DNA of 63,093 nucleotides, counting the filler, from Octopus bimaculoides (lineage: Eukaryota): assembly GCF_001194135.2 (NCBI RefSeq). It is 9 parts of 8 records of this genome, joined end to end, with 100 filler letters (N's around TTAATTAATTAA, not from the genome) between each part and the next. Parts side by side here need not be neighbours in the genome. Positions count along the whole stretch, not along the records: positions 61,625 to 63,093 come from NC_069006.1; 8 more parts are not named here. One strand, given 5' to 3'. A model generated the notes under the pieces. It made no database searches, was not told the DNA's origin, and saw nothing but the letters and a program-made list of their open reading frames with translations. Shown piece by piece: positions 61,670 to 63,093 of this stretch. The position numbers and the translations under genes were made by a program. Every line of letters starts with the position of its first letter. The first letter of the stretch is position 1.

Positions 61670-62414
61670 ATATGTGATTTATATATAAACATGTATACAT
61701 ACATTAAAGTAAATATATATATGTGTATGTATGTATGTATAGACGCACACAGTTAAATATTCTTTCAATAAATATTTGTTTTTCTTCCTGTTGCTACCTC
61801 TCTCCCCCTCTCTCTCTATATATCTATATATGTATACATACATACATCCGTACATATATACATGCATTTATACATTCGCACATACACACAAAGACGCAGA
61901 CATACTTCCACATAGCTTTCTGTACGTACGTTTTAGAATAAGCGAAATCCTTTCTCTCTTGGCAGAAGCCGAAATTTTATTCAACAGGACTAGACAAGCG
62001 TAACTATATACTCTGCTTTATGGTTGAGTCCACTCTCAATGGCTATTATTAAATTCCGGAAATATTCCATATTCCACCATTTCGAAACTTTCGAAGCTGC
62101 ACTCCGCCGTTTCGTCACATTCTTCCTTTCTTTGCCTCCTCTCTGACTCCCACTCACGCCCTAACTCTCACTCTTTTTATATATATGTATGCGTATGTGT
62201 GTGTGTGTCCGTGTGTATGTGTATGTGCATATACATAGAAAGACAGGGACATCGATAGATAGATAGACAGATAAACAGACAGACAGACAGATAGATAGAT
62301 AGATAGATAGATAGNNNNNNNNNNNNNNNNNNNNNNNNNNNNNNNNNNNNNNNNNNNNNNNNNNNNNNNNNNNNNNNNNNNNNNNNNNNNNNNNNNNNNN
62401 NNNNNNNNNNNNNN

Positions 62415-62465
62415 ACTCCACAGACACGTGTACCCTTAACGTAGTTCTCGGAAAGATTCAGCGTT
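62415..62465 (-). mobile_element. SINE family C fragment
   Basis: actccacagacacgtgtacccttaacgtagttctcgg..agattcagcg matches 18979-19028. Confidence 0.75.
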
Positions 62466-63055
62466 AACTAGTGCCTTTATCCACTAATTCTATGCCCACA
62501 GACAGTATCAGAAGGAATTTTTAAAGGTTTATAAACTTCCACTGAGGTCGGCTTTTTGAGATGAGTTAAGCTGCCAACTAAGTTCGTGTGCACTGAATCT
62601 ACGGCTGTGATCTCGGCTAAATGATCGAAGCTAGATTGAACTAACTGGTCTCGGATTAGCAGTGTCGCTACATAAATTGTTCACGTCAAGCTGCTTGAAA
62701 GGACTGAACTGTTTGAGTTTCCGTGTGCCCTGAATGGACTACGATATGATGGGTTTGCCCCAAACTGCATGTCACTGGAGATTTCTCTCTGATGACTATT
62801 GAAGTAAAGACCTCTATTGGTTTATATGTAACTTCATAAAATTTCGTTCGAATGAGTGAAAATCATTGTTTTCATGCATGAGAAGAGAAAATGGTTCTGA
62901 AAACTAGAATACAAAGCTTTTAATAAATAACTTGGTCCTATTAATATTGTATGAGAAGTGATAATACGAGAGATCAAGGAACAGTTACGTTATACACATT
63001 TTAATATATATATGAATATACATACATACACACACGCGCATGGACACACACATAG

Positions 63056-63093
<38 letters not shown>

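Noticed and set aside
5305-62427. Dozens of long ORFs ([12 protein letters not shown], poly-N/I/Y, X-runs)
   Set aside because: They are translations of microsatellites or N gaps, with no protein-like content.

Overview
AT-rich, microsatellite-dense animal genomic DNA; the repeat families look octopus-like (inference from pattern recognition, not a search). The window is not contiguous: eight identical 100-bp spacers (44 N + TTAATTAATTAA + 44 N) join nine separate pieces, and there are many further N gaps, so adjacency across spacers is not evidence. The only host coding sequence I can support is two + strand exons (23150-23391, 25251-25403) of a proton/myo-inositol cotransporter (HMIT/SLC2A13-like); the second appears to use a GC splice donor. 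Everything else is transposon debris. It includes at least four tRNA-headed SINE-like families (labelled A, B, C, E here), remnants of CR1/L2-like, RTE, R4/Dong-like and Penelope-like (PLE) retroelements, two mariner fossils, piggyBac- and Tigger-type MITEs, and Helentron-type non-autonomous elements. The main unexplained signal is a set of minimal type I hammerhead ribozyme (HHR) motifs from several unrelated families, most with a palindromic stem III. One family (E) fuses a tRNA-like Pol III head and an (AAT)n tract to an HHR and is rearranged as an inversion at all three loci, suggesting a Pol III-driven, self-cleaving non-autonomous element mobilised by PLE machinery. Repeat boundaries were read by eye and are approximate unless a TSD or TIR is quoted. 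Nearly all entries in the supplied ORF track are microsatellite or N-gap artefacts.
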